Positions 39,467 through 52,520 of a stretch of 64,000 nucleotides of DNA are shown here, one piece after another. Location of the stretch: assembly GCA_000320545.1 (NCBI GenBank), contig ADNK01000910.1, forward strand, positions 1 to 64,000. The letters are read 5' to 3'. This DNA is from Bigelowiella natans CCMP2755 (lineage: Eukaryota > Protista > Cercozoa). The position numbers were made by a program, and so were the translations under genes. How positions within the stretch are numbered: the first letter of the stretch is position 1; the number at the start of each line of letters is the position of its first letter. The notes beneath the pieces were generated by a model. It saw only the letters and a list, made by a program, of their open reading frames with translations, did not search any database and was not told the DNA's origin.

Positions 39467-40145
39467 CAGATGATATACGCATAATTGCTGTGATTCGGAC
39501 ATACCTTCCCTGTAACAGCCACGCCGGTGTCAGGATGATGCAGATAGCGGAGGTCCTTCGTTAAATAAACACTATGTCGGTTCTGGGCTGACGAACGCCA
39601 CCATCTCATCACAACGCCAGTGATAAATACGAATGCATGCATGGTAGTAGAAGAAGGAGAAGGAGGGTTGGGAGGGGAGGATACTGGCAGGGACAAAACC
39701 GCCGTACATACTATTATGCGCAACGCTCGTGTTCCGCCACATCTCAGCAGCAGCAGCAGCAGCCCCGCCATAGGTCAAAAGTCGCATGGTACATTGTGCT
39801 GCTGCGTGCTCTCCTGCGCTTTTCTCCACCATCACTCGCACAATGAACATGTGTACAAAATGCGCTTTACTTGCTACGACTACCTGTGTCCAAGATGTGG
39901 TGAGAATTTTAGACCCTCCAAGTTGATACCTTGGGAAGATGATAACAAGAAGAAGAAGAAGAAGAAGAAGGAGAAGGAGGAGAAGGAAAGCAATTAGAAC
40001 GGCGAGCAACAGCAGTAGCAGATGAGCGGTCAGGCGATTCAAGTATCAAAAGGAATTGAATATGAGCAGTGAGGCGATTCAACTATCAGGAGGAATTGAA
40101 TTGGAAGCCACCCTCCTCGTTCTATACAAAGTAACGCAAGTGATC

Positions 40146-40188
<43 letters not shown>

Positions 40189-40840
40189 AATATCTAATAT
40201 GCAGCTTTTCGTAGTGTACCAGTGCTGGTTTGTTGTGCCTCTTAGAATCTGCCAGAGCAAAAGAGATGGATGAGGGCAGGAAGAAGAAGAAGAAGAAAGC
40301 AGTGGAAAGCAACACTCTTGCTACTCCTCGCTGCGTGTGTGTAGCTAACATGCTCCGAGATGGTGTTTCTAAGGGATCTTTCCCCCAACAAAGCGGAGAG
40401 CGGAGATCTCTAGCGTATTCTTCGCCACAATATCGTTTGTTGGCTGTGAGTGCTGCCTTCGTCTTTCGGTCGTATTGACTCAATCATCCACTCATTCATT
40501 CGTTCATTCGATCACTGCTGCTATCGAGGAAACGCCCACCTTTCCGCTGTCCTGCTGTACGTCAAACAGCACCGAATTATGGTCTGTCGCCGCTCCTGAA
40601 CGCCCTAAGATTTTGTCGTTATTTTGTTTATCATCATGCACAGCAGACAGTGCTGTTGATGAGACTCTTGACCCTAACTCTTTTCACACAATACTAAGAG
40701 TTCCTCCGGCTGCTAGGTTTGGGAAATAAATATATATACTTCCGAATACAGACACCACGCAATCGCACGCCACGGGGTGTGTGTGCAATGCCTCAATACG
40801 AGGAGAGCAGCGTCTTAACACATGCATTATAACAACTACC

Positions 40841-40873
<33 letters not shown>

Positions 40874-42603
40874 ATAATAATAATACAACATTAATTAATA
40901 CAACTAGACATCGACGCAACGGAGCAGGCATCATCGTTCGAATCTCACACAGGTGCTTGTGTGCTTTCTTCATTTCCCTGAAATCAGTAGTGGTAGGTGT
41001 ACCTGCTCTCCACACAACCGTGAGAGTCTTCACCGTGGATGACGTGTTCTTCTTCCTTTGCTTTGCCTTGCTCTCGTTGTTGGTTCTACCCCCCCCCACC
41101 TGCTCCTTGCCCGTTGTCGCGTTGGAGGTGCCGCTACGTCTCCGGGGCAGTCCCTCAAGCCCGTGGGTCGACGCCTGCATGCGTGGACGACGTTGTGGTC
41201 ATGACGGGGGAGAAGAAGAGGAGGGGGGGAGGGAGAGGGAGAGAAGGAGGGGGAGAAGAAGGTGTGAGAATGAGACTTCTTAGATGCACGTTGCTGGTTA
41301 GCCGCGACAGCTCGACATACTACAAACATGCACGCACGCGCGCGCGCGCGCGCGCACACACACACACACACACACATATATTGGCACGATCCTTTACCGT
41401 AAGTACTCGGAAGGTGGAAAGAGGGGCGTTTGTCGGAAGAAGTTTCCTTATGGTGCCTGTGTGGAGGAGCAGTAGAGAGGTAAGAGTAGTGGTCGCGACA
41501 GTGGCATTAAATCCGTGCAGCTGAGGTGCTGTCATGGAATGCTATTGTGACAGTATTGCTGACGGTGATATATGATGTGCGGAGATGATGGTGATGACCG
41601 ACCGACCGTGTTGTTATCATTATTATATTGTTATTATTATGCTAGATCCACACAGCAGCTGTGATGCTGAAATCTCGTAAAACAACGGCGACTAGTTGTT
41701 AAATCACCGATACTAGAAGACCGCGTGATCTCTTAGTGTTTCTCTCACTATTCCCTGCTACTACCACTACTACTACCACTATTTCTCCTCCCCCTCCTCC
41801 TCCTCCTACTACTATTACTATGATTTCGCAGCGACGGTTGAATAATCCAATTCCCTGGATAATAACAAACCATCGGCAAGTTGGACGAAACAATTTGCAC
41901 AGAAAATCCATCGGAAAGATTTGTAATAAGAAGCGTATGGTAGACACTGTACACGCTCGCAGCTGTGCATGAGAGCTCATGATAATAAGGCCTACCGCCA
42001 GCGGTGACGTTCTTGTAGCGATAGAAGCCTAGACCCTGGAGTTTTAAATGGGGAGGGGGGACGGAGCTCGGGTTATGCACAATAGCTACTCTCCGACTTT
42101 ATGAACGTAAAAATATGAAAAATACGCATGTAAACATATTTTTGATGAGTTGCGTCTGCTAGTAATATGCACAACTATGAACCACCACGACCGCCATCGT
42201 CATCGTCATCGTCGTTATCGTCGTCGTCGTCGTCATCATCATCATCATCATCATGTACTAATGATGGACGTACCCCCTCTTCGTTCTTGTGCTTCACCAC
42301 CATCATTCTAGTCGGAAGATCAATAGAAATTACGCGTTGAAGAAGATACAGACACCAGCAACAATATAGTACGGTGCGTGAGTTGCGAGCGTGTGTGGAC
42401 TTAAAAAAAAACTAAAAACATAATCGTGCAGTTGATTGGTTGCACTCACGCATCATCTAGCCACGGTGTGACTGGGATCTGCATCGTGAATATGAAACAA
42501 AGCAAAACCAACAAAAGCAAATAGCTCAGAGCTTTGCTGATAATAACGAGCATAGGGCCAAGGCACTCAAATAATACAGCAGCAGGGTGTGCATGAGAAT
42601 CAA

Positions 42604-42648
<45 letters not shown>

Positions 42649-43845
42649 CGTCTGTGTTCTTTTCTGTGGTTTATCATCTCTATTCAGTAGGGTTTCGAAT
42701 ACAACGACAAGAGGAGGAGGAGGGTGAAGGGGGGGGGGGAGGATAGGTCCCCACAGCTACAACATCAACTGCCTACGACGACCCCTTCTTCTTTCGCGCG
42801 TTGAAGGAATCTCCACTTATCTTCAAGCAAGTACCCTTTGTCCTTCGTCTGTGCAACGACAAAGAAAACACCGCCCAATCGACAAGAAGAAGAAGAAGAA
42901 GAAGAAGAAGAAGAAGAAGAAGAAGAACCAGCACATGGTCATATAGAAGGAGAGTCAATGCGCTCCTAGACGCCACGACCGTCCTCGTTCATGCCATTTT
43001 CACGCAACATCAACCTTGCGATTTCACCTTTACTAACAATGCATTGGGTAGTGTCTATAGAGGCCGTCATCAACAAGGAACAGCTTCCTCCCTTCTACGG
43101 ACTGCGTAATGACACTGCTGCTACTACCCGGAGGAAATGCAGTGCCGCGAGGCGACAATTCAGTCTCCAAAGCGAGAACCAATCCGTCGGTCGCAACAGG
43201 AGGCTGGCAAAGCTGCGAAGTTGATCAAATAATAATAGCAATCATCATCATCACCATCCTCATCATTATCATCATCATAATAACAACATATTTAGTATCA
43301 ATGATGAGGTTGGCAAAAGGAGCGTTAGAAATGCAATATTTTGAGATCAGCATCTGCGGCCCATAGTGACCGATTAGCAGCCCTTTGTGTGTGTGTTTGT
43401 GTGTGAGTGAAATTTGCAAAAGCTCTTTTTGTACTACTACAACACCGCCAGTATACACGTGTTGTCGCAAGAGAAAAAGATCTTCTGATTGATCAATTAA
43501 CCGTTGCCATTCATTCGTTTTTCAATTTCCAGATTGTCTCGCTATCTACCTTTTCCCAAGAGATGGCTCGCTTCCTGCCGCCCCCCGTATCGCTCCGAGA
43601 AGGGCCACGATAGGATATCTTTGTAAGTAGTGCTTAGATTGATTTCTGTAAGCTCTTCGTAATCATTATGGCAAGAATCAACGCCGCTTAGGGGGGGGGG
43701 ACCTCTACACTTTTTTCAAATTAGCTAGCATTTGACGATAAGAGTCGCTATAAGAGAGAACAAAGGATTCGTCTTCAAATCGTCAGCATCTTGCTATGGC
43801 ATGTTGTTGCATAACCTCTTTCGATGCGGTTGCTCCGCACATCAT

Positions 43846-43889
<44 letters not shown>

Positions 43890-44421
43890 GGTGACATTTA
43901 AGGGAAAGAGTAATTGTCTTACATAATGACAATGACGCCCAAGGTGGCCACAGAACTACGACTGAAAAGTGACAATGGAACCTTGGTAATCAAATATCAA
44001 AGAAGAACAGAAGAAGAATAAGAAGAAGAGGTCGCATTCAATGCAAGATCACACACCAACAATTTACAAATCCCTGAACATACGCGGCATGGAACTAAAT
44101 GCGTCGAGCTGTTTTCATACTCATCATTGATCTGCTCTCTCGCACTATTATCATGATGTATTATTAGTATTATTATTATTACCCCTGTTCCTGGAATCGC
44201 CACGTTACGTAGGTTGAGAATCATATCCCGCTACATGCAAAATAACACAGAACACATATCACTTTTGCATCGTTGCACACCGCCCTCTCGCAGCAGCCCA
44301 CCCCCTGCTATCCTACTACCACCTGAAAGCTCTCATGGCGATAATGTCTTTTGTCCCAAAGATACAAAACCGTGGCCAGTGATGCGAGGTGCACACGGAT
44401 CCTTACCCTGCAATGCGAATG

Positions 44422-44465
<44 letters not shown>

Positions 44466-45148
44466 CGGGGGGGGGGGGGCAGGATGAAAGTACGGAGAAT
44501 CAACACATGGGATAAATCGTCACCATTCCTTGCCCTTGAAGGAAAAGGAGGGGGCTCCCTCGTAGGGGTTCCTTGGATCCGAGAAATACCTAATCACACC
44601 GCCATTATTGCAGCGATGGAGATTCAGAAGAAAAGCATTTAGTGTGTGCGAGCCATCTATCTCATGCTTGATCGTAGAATCGTTCTAGCAGAATTTCAGT
44701 ATCAACGACTGAGCGGAAGAAGGGCAAATCTGAGAGAAGGAGAATATTTAGAGAAAGAGAATATGGGCCGAGGACTACCAGAGAGTTTTGTAGAAGACGA
44801 CTAACGTTCGGAGTAATTCCGGCACAGGAGGGATTCCTGTAAATTTAAGCTTTTGTGATTTATGAAGGGCGACTACCATACATTTTATAGTATCACATCA
44901 TTCCCAGACATATAACGAAGCAAGAGGCCTTTTAATTTAAAATGATGACCTAGGAAGTACAGGATCGAGAGCACGGGCATGCAAACCACAACGCCGGGAA
45001 CTACGCAGAACTGATAGGAAAGAATTATTAGTTTTTGCAGCCCGTTGAGGGACTGTGATCTCCCTTCTGCCCCCTCCCTTCCTCTTACCAAGACGGTTGC
45101 GATGGTAGCCATGGCCATCGCCCACGACATAGGATCGAGGCCGATCAT
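38436..45148 (-). CDS. Membrane-anchored ATP-grasp protein (resembles the sugar-transfer-associated ATP-grasp family)
   Basis: Hydrophobic N-terminal exons, then LRNVAIPGTG, VKHKNEEG|GLGFYRYKNVTAGG|NWIIQPSLRN, APLSTFRVLT, VVWRAG, TDHNSVLFDV, HPDTGVAVTGK, AERAHSELVPGVPL|VGWDVAMT...LLEG|NFSCNFFMG...FYRALW*. HPDTG and GWDxA...LEGN are ATP-grasp_ST-like motifs. Confidence 0.75.
40022..40101 (+). repeat. 40-bp intronic tandem duplication
   Basis: atgagc.gt.aggcgattcaa.tatca..aggaattgaat x2. Confidence 0.9.
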
Positions 45149-45797
45149 ATGTGCTCGCCTGGCCGAAGGGGGGTTATCAAGAGTGCCACAGCTTCTCTTA
45201 GCGAAAAGTTTCTCTCCGTGACGTTTCTGAAAAAGGAATAGTTTTTAAGATATTATCACCATAAAAATGTCCCTGATAAAAACTGCAAGAAACTATGCAG
45301 TATAAATCATGTCTCGTCCGCAGCGTTTGCCAAGGATCATGGGCTAATATCTCGGCGATATATCCAACTTTATTTGTCCGAGATAAAACCAGAAATCAGG
45401 CCTAGAAAAATCCCTAAAAACTTCCTTGTACATGAAACAAGGATAAAATTTACGAGAAAAATGTCTTAAATAAGATCGCATTGTCAAGAGAAATTGCAAT
45501 ACTGAGAATATCTTATAATATTTATCTATTTCGATAAGAATGGAGATCATATCAGGCCAAGAAGTCCAGTAAGGTTTGTGGGGCTGGGGTGAGGGGGGGG
45601 GGGGGGGGGGCACATAGATATACAGCGGTTTAATCATTCAGAAAGGGTGGTTGGGGCAATAATAATAATCCCAGTAGTTGGATTTGAAAACAGTTTACTG
45701 GGAAAGTAAGTAGTATAGGGAACAGCGCGTGCAATTCGCTCGTGCATGAGCACGGGCATTTACATTACACGCTCTCATCCGTGGATGTCCCCGTAGG

Positions 45798-47366
45798 ATG
45801 TGGGGAGCCACCCGCGGCGGGTCTTTCTTCCTCGAAGCGAATTCCCTAGGTTTGGCACTTTGGTCGCCAGCAGCAGCCCGGCCTTCTCTCTCTTGGCGAA
45901 CCTAGCAGGTGTTTGTCGCAGCACTTCGCTTTTGATTCGAATAAAGTTATCCGAACATCTTCTGACGGCAGCTGCCACCCTTTTCTTATCTATCGGCAGC
46001 AACGGCAGCGGAAGTCATCTGCTTTAGTTACAGAGGGCTCGGATTCGCGATGAGCAGCTGGTGCACGTATCGTGGTGTTATGGTGTGTATCATTTGATCA
46101 TCACAGCGGAATAGAGCATGGACTCGCTGCGAACGACTTTTGTGTGCGTCTCTGAATTGCTGACATTGTCTTGATAATCTGTTAGGTGGGTCTTGTGGTA
46201 CTGCTGGCAGTGAACACGATTCATGTACGACAAAACATACATAGAAGCAGAAGGATAGCAGCGAAGTAGAGGGGGTGTAGAAACGAGCCGAACTCTACGC
46301 ATGCACATGTAGATATGCACGTATTGAGATGATAAAATTGTAGCATTACGAGGCAAACGAGAAGCGAAGCAAGAACGCAAGAATGTATTTATAATTTCTG
46401 CTCTAAAAGGTTAACAAGCGCCATTCCGACCGAATATGGGACGATGCACGCCTACCGCACTCTGCAAGACCACAGCAGAATCTCTTCACAAAGCGAACAG
46501 CCAACACGAGGTAATAATACCAAAAAAGACTTCGGCACGAATGCGATAGAAGGGATGGGTGGTTGTGCCACGATCACTGATACATCTTCACTAAACTTCA
46601 TCTTTAACCAACACACAACAGCTTTCTCAAATCTTCTCATGAAAACGCCTACCACTACCTACCGAGCGCTGCCAAAATCGAGAAATTGTCTTCGTCGCCG
46701 ACAAACTTGTCAAGATTTGGGGGCGGGGAAGAGCAAACTTCTGATTCTGTACCATACGAGGTTGGAGAACTTCGTAGCAGAGAAGGAACAGAGCAGGGCA
46801 AAGATGACATCGGAAACAGCACAAGCACGGGTGACGCCTCGCTCGACGATGGAGAAAGTGGACGAAATGGGAGGAGGAGGAGAGATAATAACAAGGAGAA
46901 AGGAAGCAGGACAAGCAACAATGTGCTGATTAACGGGCCTTTCGTCTTAATATCGTCTGACAACAGGGACAGCAGCGGCGGAGATGGTGGCGGGTACTGC
47001 TGGGAATCGGTAGTATTATTATCATCATGTACTGCAGTATTATCATGTGCTGCTTTGGAGATGAATAGTGGAGAGGAGATCATGGCTGTACCCTCTCATA
47101 TTTTGGCCTCCATAGCTTAATCCTCACGACCACGTCATTGCACGATGTCTGCCATTCTTGCTGCTGCTGATGGTGGTGGGGAGGGCGGGGGTGCTGCTGC
47201 TGCTGATAGTAGTGGTGATTTACAAATCAAACTTTGAGTAATAACGCTTCTCAACGAACCAATATTTCTGTTTTCTCCTCCGCACTTTTACTATCTACTA
47301 ATTCCTCCTCGAGTTCTTCCTGTTCCCATCACCATCATGATCATTATCATAGCCACCACCACCATT

Positions 47367-47401
<35 letters not shown>

Positions 47402-49641
47402 CAGGAGCATGCCCGGCGTGCTTGGCGCTGGGAGGAAGCTGTGGAGTATACAAAGAAGGTGAGCTACCCTGGGTTATCATTTGCTATGGCAATGGACAAA
47501 GTGGTCAGAGGAGCTTCTCTTACTTCTGATGACGGTGGAGGCGGCACCGCTACTGGCACCAAGGCTGATGAAGCGATAACGACATTCTGGAGAATATTCG
47601 GCCTGCTTCTGCTTTGGAATGAGGGAGGGGGGTGGGCAGGTCACCGACTCGTATGCTTCGACAATGGATCAGCTTTGAGATCCCTCATCAGCAGATTGGG
47701 AACAGTAGGCCGCAACAGCAGCGAGGAGGAGGAGCATATAGATGATGATGATGAGGAGGATGGCGATATTGACGGCGAGATACAAAGTATGCGTCGTGGG
47801 AAACAGACCTTAGAATCATCCTCCTCCTCGTCATCATCATCATCATCATCATCATCAACAACAACAAGAAGAAGAACACCGTCGCTTGAGTACTACGGCG
47901 GGTTGTTGATAACTACCGTCCCAATCGAGGAGAACGTGCTCTACTATGGCCCAACGCCAACACAGAAAATGGAAGGTGTAAGGCAGGTGCTTTCCCCAGC
48001 CCTCGTCTACTCCTCAAGGCCTCATCACCCGGTAGTGCTGCAGCTGCCACTCACACCGCTATCACCACCACCACCACCCTGTTGTCATCACCGCTCGAAC
48101 GTTTCTTCTCTCCATAAATTTTGTCCTTTCTTCCCTTGTATTTGTATTTTTGGGGGGTTGGCGACTCACGTTGGTGGCCATTAGTCGGAGTGATTGTCGG
48201 GATCCCCTCCCTCCAAGCTCATAAATTCTAACGACCTTGTGAATGAAACTTGGGGAGGATCCCGGAATTAAGCGTTGAGATTGAGCGCTTTGCTGTGCGA
48301 AATCCCTGTCAGCTTCTCCTTCTACCCACCCCGCGCACTGATGATTCCTCTTGCCTACTCGCTTTGCAATGACGCATGCGTGAGGGCAGCTTGCTGATCT
48401 GTGTATAACGCGCACAGGTAATTCAGTCCACGCTCGATCGGTTGTGCTCGCTAATAAACAGTGCGGTTCCCACCTTCTCCTCATCCCTCCCCATCCCCAT
48501 AATATCTGCTGAGTCCATCTCCGCGATCCTCCTTCACAAGGCCCTCCTGTTCGCAGAGATGCACATTCCCTACCGCACGCAGTCTTTAGTCGATAGTGGT
48601 GGTAGCAGCGGTGAGGGGGGCAACAGTGGTTATCCTGTCACAATGTTCCTAGAATCCTTTTCACCGTATTTAAGCATTAAAGGCCCTCCAAGAAGCAGCA
48701 TTAGCAGCAGCAGGAGGAAGGGAAAAACCCCTCCTCCTTCTCCTCCTCCTCCTCCTCCTCCTCGTCCTCTCTCCCCTTCTTTGACACTGTTTGCTCTAAG
48801 TGCTGACCCCGCTGTTGAGCCCTCCCGTAGGTATGATTACGCATATACCACCATGCAAAGCAGGAATTATCATCGCCATCATAGGTGGGGGGATGATAGC
48901 ATCAAAGGAGGTAGTAGCGACGATGGAGGAGAGAGTACCACAACGCAGACAATGATGGAAATGGTGGTCAATACTGTGGCATCAGCAGCAAGAACGACTA
49001 CGTCGATAATTAGATCGGGTGAGGAGGAGGAGGAGGAGGGCGAAGAGAAGTCCCCACTTTCTTTTCCATCGTCGTCGTCATCGCCATCATCGTCAGAACC
49101 AACACTGGCGGATGGTGGGAAGGAGACGGTGGAAAGTCGCATCCTTTTCGCTGTGCGACTGACGCAACCGCAGCAGAAGGAAGTGGTGCAGGAGGAGAAG
49201 GAGAGCGGGGCAAAACAAGAGCGGGAACGACGCAACAACAACAACAACAACAACGACAACGACAACGTCAACAACATCAAGAAAATCACCGGGAAGCAGC
49301 AGCCAACGGCGAACAATGGAGATAGCAAGCCTATATCACACATCAAAAATGAGGGCCGTCGTGGCAGCGGCGCGAGTCTACTTTCTGGTGATCTTCCTCC
49401 TCACGAGCATGGCCACTCACTCCTACCGCATCCAGGCGAAGAAGCGGGTGCTTCTACTATTGCCTCCATTCCTCGGATAATCCATCAATTCGATTTCCAC
49501 CCCAGCACAAGGCGTGCTCGCCAGCCGATGTACGCATATATGGAGGTGAGGGCAAGCAAGAGAAAGAGCTGTTGCCGTTGTTGGGGCGGGGTGTAGGAGC
49601 GGCAGCAGAGAATTAGCGACAGACGCAATTCCTGAAATTGT

Positions 49642-49695
<54 letters not shown>

Positions 49696-49976
49696 GGAGG
49701 GGGAGAGAGAGGCACGTGGCGGGTAAAGGGAAGGGTAACTATACAGATCTATCACTGTTGTCCTTCTCTATTTGCGTTCTTGTTGTTGTTGTTGTTGTTG
49801 CCGACGACGACGACGACGATGATGATGATGATGGTGATAATCGCTGCTGCTGCTGCTGTTACGTTTGCACTTAGAACTGGAGGAAACTAAATCCTGAATA
49901 TGATTACGTGCTATGGCAAGAAGACACCATGATGGTATCTTCCTCCTCCTCCTCCTCCTCATCATCATCATCATCA

Positions 49977-50009
<33 letters not shown>

Positions 50010-51042
50010 ACTACCACCCTTACTATTACTACTGCAACTGCATCTTAAATATTCCCCGCACCTCTGTGTCAATATGGAAGACAATTTCAGCTCTACACGC
50101 TCGATTTCGTGATCATTGCCTCTGCTTGCGTTGTGGCTTGCTAGTTCTCGCCATCTTATGCCGTATCGTCGTCGTCATCATGTTTGCAGGAGTACGTGAG
50201 CAATCTTGGCGACGAAGAGATCCTCTCCACATATAGCAAGCTCGACTTCGTGCAAAAGAGCGACTTCTTTCGCTACCTGATCCTGTTCTACATTGGGGGG
50301 GTGGGTTGGAGAGACGAGTAGCAGTATGTGGATGTGAGAGTTCAGAATTCATGCTTGATCGCGTGCGTCGATGTCCTTCCTGAACGATAGAAGAGAAAGA
50401 TGTTAGCCCAGAACGGTTGAAGCGTCATGGAAATCACTCTTGTCATATAACCCCCCCCCCCCCCTCCCTTCCTTCCTCCCTCCCCCCGAACAGGTATACG
50501 CCGATCACGACGCAGAATGTCTCGTTCCAATCCGCCGTTGGCCGATATCCGGCGGCGCACGGACGAGAATTCTTCTCGGGTTAGAGGCGATAGGCACCAA
50601 AGCGCAGCGAGAAGGGCTCCTGTGGGCGCAGAACCCGCAATACAGCCAATGGACGATGGCTGCTGCCCCTGGCCATCCGATTCTGTGGGGATGCATTTCG
50701 CGCATAACAGCTAAGCTGAAGGCGGTGGATGAGCAGGACCCCGCTGCGATGAGCCGGAGTGATGGCGGTGATCGCTATCGTTACTATGATGGAGGAGGCT
50801 TAAGCAGCCTCGGTGGCAGTGCTGGGAGCGGTGATGGAGATGCTGATAGCACGTTCCTACCACAATGGGTGTCGGAAGGCTGTAAGGCTACTGGGCATGC
50901 GAGCTGTAGGAAAACCATTTATCTCACTGGGCCGGTGAGAGAGAGATGATGATGTTTATGAAGAGAAGAATACAGAGTAATGAACGATGCAACGATGACG
51001 GTGTGATTGCGCCGATGGTGATGGTGATGGTGATGGTTATGG

Positions 51043-51074
<32 letters not shown>

Positions 51075-51624
51075 TGGCAATGAAGAGTGAGATAAGAGCT
51101 CTTCGTTTTAATAGTTTTTAGAAGTTGGTGCAGTAGTTGTGGTAGTAGTTGTTATCGTAGAAATTCTAGAATCTTTTTCTCTGTCACATCTGACAATGGG
51201 ATGAGAATGGTAACTATGATGATTGGAGACGACGACGACGACAATGATAATGATTTCACAATTTATTGGTTCAGGGTCTTTTCAGTGAAACGGTGATAGG
51301 ATATTTGAAGATGTTCGGAGTTGATCCTGAAGAGACAATTGCCGGGCTCTCGATAGGCACGGCACAGATTCTCCCTGTAGATGCTTTCTCATGTGGTCAA
51401 GAACATTCAGGTGATGAATGAATTTAACGAATTAGTGGCACCTCAATATTACAAAAGCATGCAATCCTTTTATTACCATCTTGTGAATAGTGATATGTGT
51501 AATATGTCCCTATCATGTTCTCAAATATTTCTTTTCAGGATCCGATTCCTCTTGCACAAACAAAAATGTCCTCGTAAAACATCATTTTGCGGGAAACTGG
51601 AAGACTGCAGGCCCAGAGACATAA
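45798..51624 (+). CDS. GT32 (OCH1-like, DxD) glycosyltransferase with long low-complexity N-terminal part; start uncertain
   Basis: IPRIIHQ (about 49470), NWRKLNPEYDY, KSDFFRYLILFYIGG|VYADHDAEC, QYSQWTMAAAPGHPIL, LTGP|GLFS, ILPVDAFS, VKHHFAGNWK...PET* (TAA 51622-51624). Confidence 0.85.
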
Positions 51625-52520
51625 TAATCAATTCATTGCAACTACACCAGCCATCGTCTGTTCTTCGCTCATGTGATTTGCAGTCTCCAAATGTCTACAC
51701 TATTACAAAAACCTTTTCCACTGAAATTCTCTTATGTCTAAATGTGTCTGGATGCTTGTACCGTCTAGCTAGCTAGACTGTCTATATGCAGGGCGAATTT
51801 GTTGAATTCGTTAAAAATAAGTGTGATCTGATAAACAATGCTGAATGGCAAACATTGAAAGTATTTTAAAAGCATTTGCGCATGCACAGCAACAACGACA
51901 TGAAACGCTATGTTAATTTGAAAAGCAGAAATCTCTAGCTCTAGGGATTCCCGACTAAGCACAGCCTAGATATGTGCGTCGGCAATTAGTTGCCTAGATC
52001 TAGTAGATGTCTAGACGTGTCTTAAATCTCGCAAATCAGGTAGCCATTTACAAAAATTGAATCAAAATTTTTGCTATGTCTCGATGTGCCAAGCTAGCTA
52101 GATGAGCTGTGTGTGATCGAACTTGTCAAAGTGTCACAGATGTTAATCACGTCATTCGATCAATCAATCTTGCTAGCTTGGCCTATATTTGCTTCATTTG
52201 CGTCTAGCGCGAGCAAACATGATTTTTTTCCTGCGGCAGATTGGTGTTCAGCATTGCTGCTATCTAGCTATTCACATGATGACTACATTGAACATTCGTA
52301 ATCGACACATCTAGACATGTGGTATATGCATATGTATATTTCTTTTGCAACATGCACGAAACTCTAAAGTGGAACGAGTTATGTATTTCAGCTGAGGTGG
52401 TGATTCAAATAATATCACATCATGGCGAGTATTGTAGCTAATCAAATTTTCAACGTAACATAAAAGGTATTCATAGAGTGAAGCTTTGTGTAAAGGTGAA
52501 TAACCCTATTAGCCTATTTA

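Larger units (their letters stand above)
12900..51250. repeat. Region with dense intronic microsatellites: (TA)n, (GA)n, (CA)n, (CAT)n, (CTA)n, (GAG)n, (CAG)n, poly-G/C
   Basis: Directly visible in most introns of the genes in this span, and in 1-3030. Confidence 0.95.

Noticed and set aside
35017-40101. 40-41 bp direct repeats as a possible CRISPR array
   Set aside because: Only two adjacent copies each, no spacers, intronic, in a eukaryotic context.
22149-50236. Many ORF-track entries rich in poly-H/S/L/M, YI, CV or ER
   Set aside because: Translations of intronic microsatellites, not genes.
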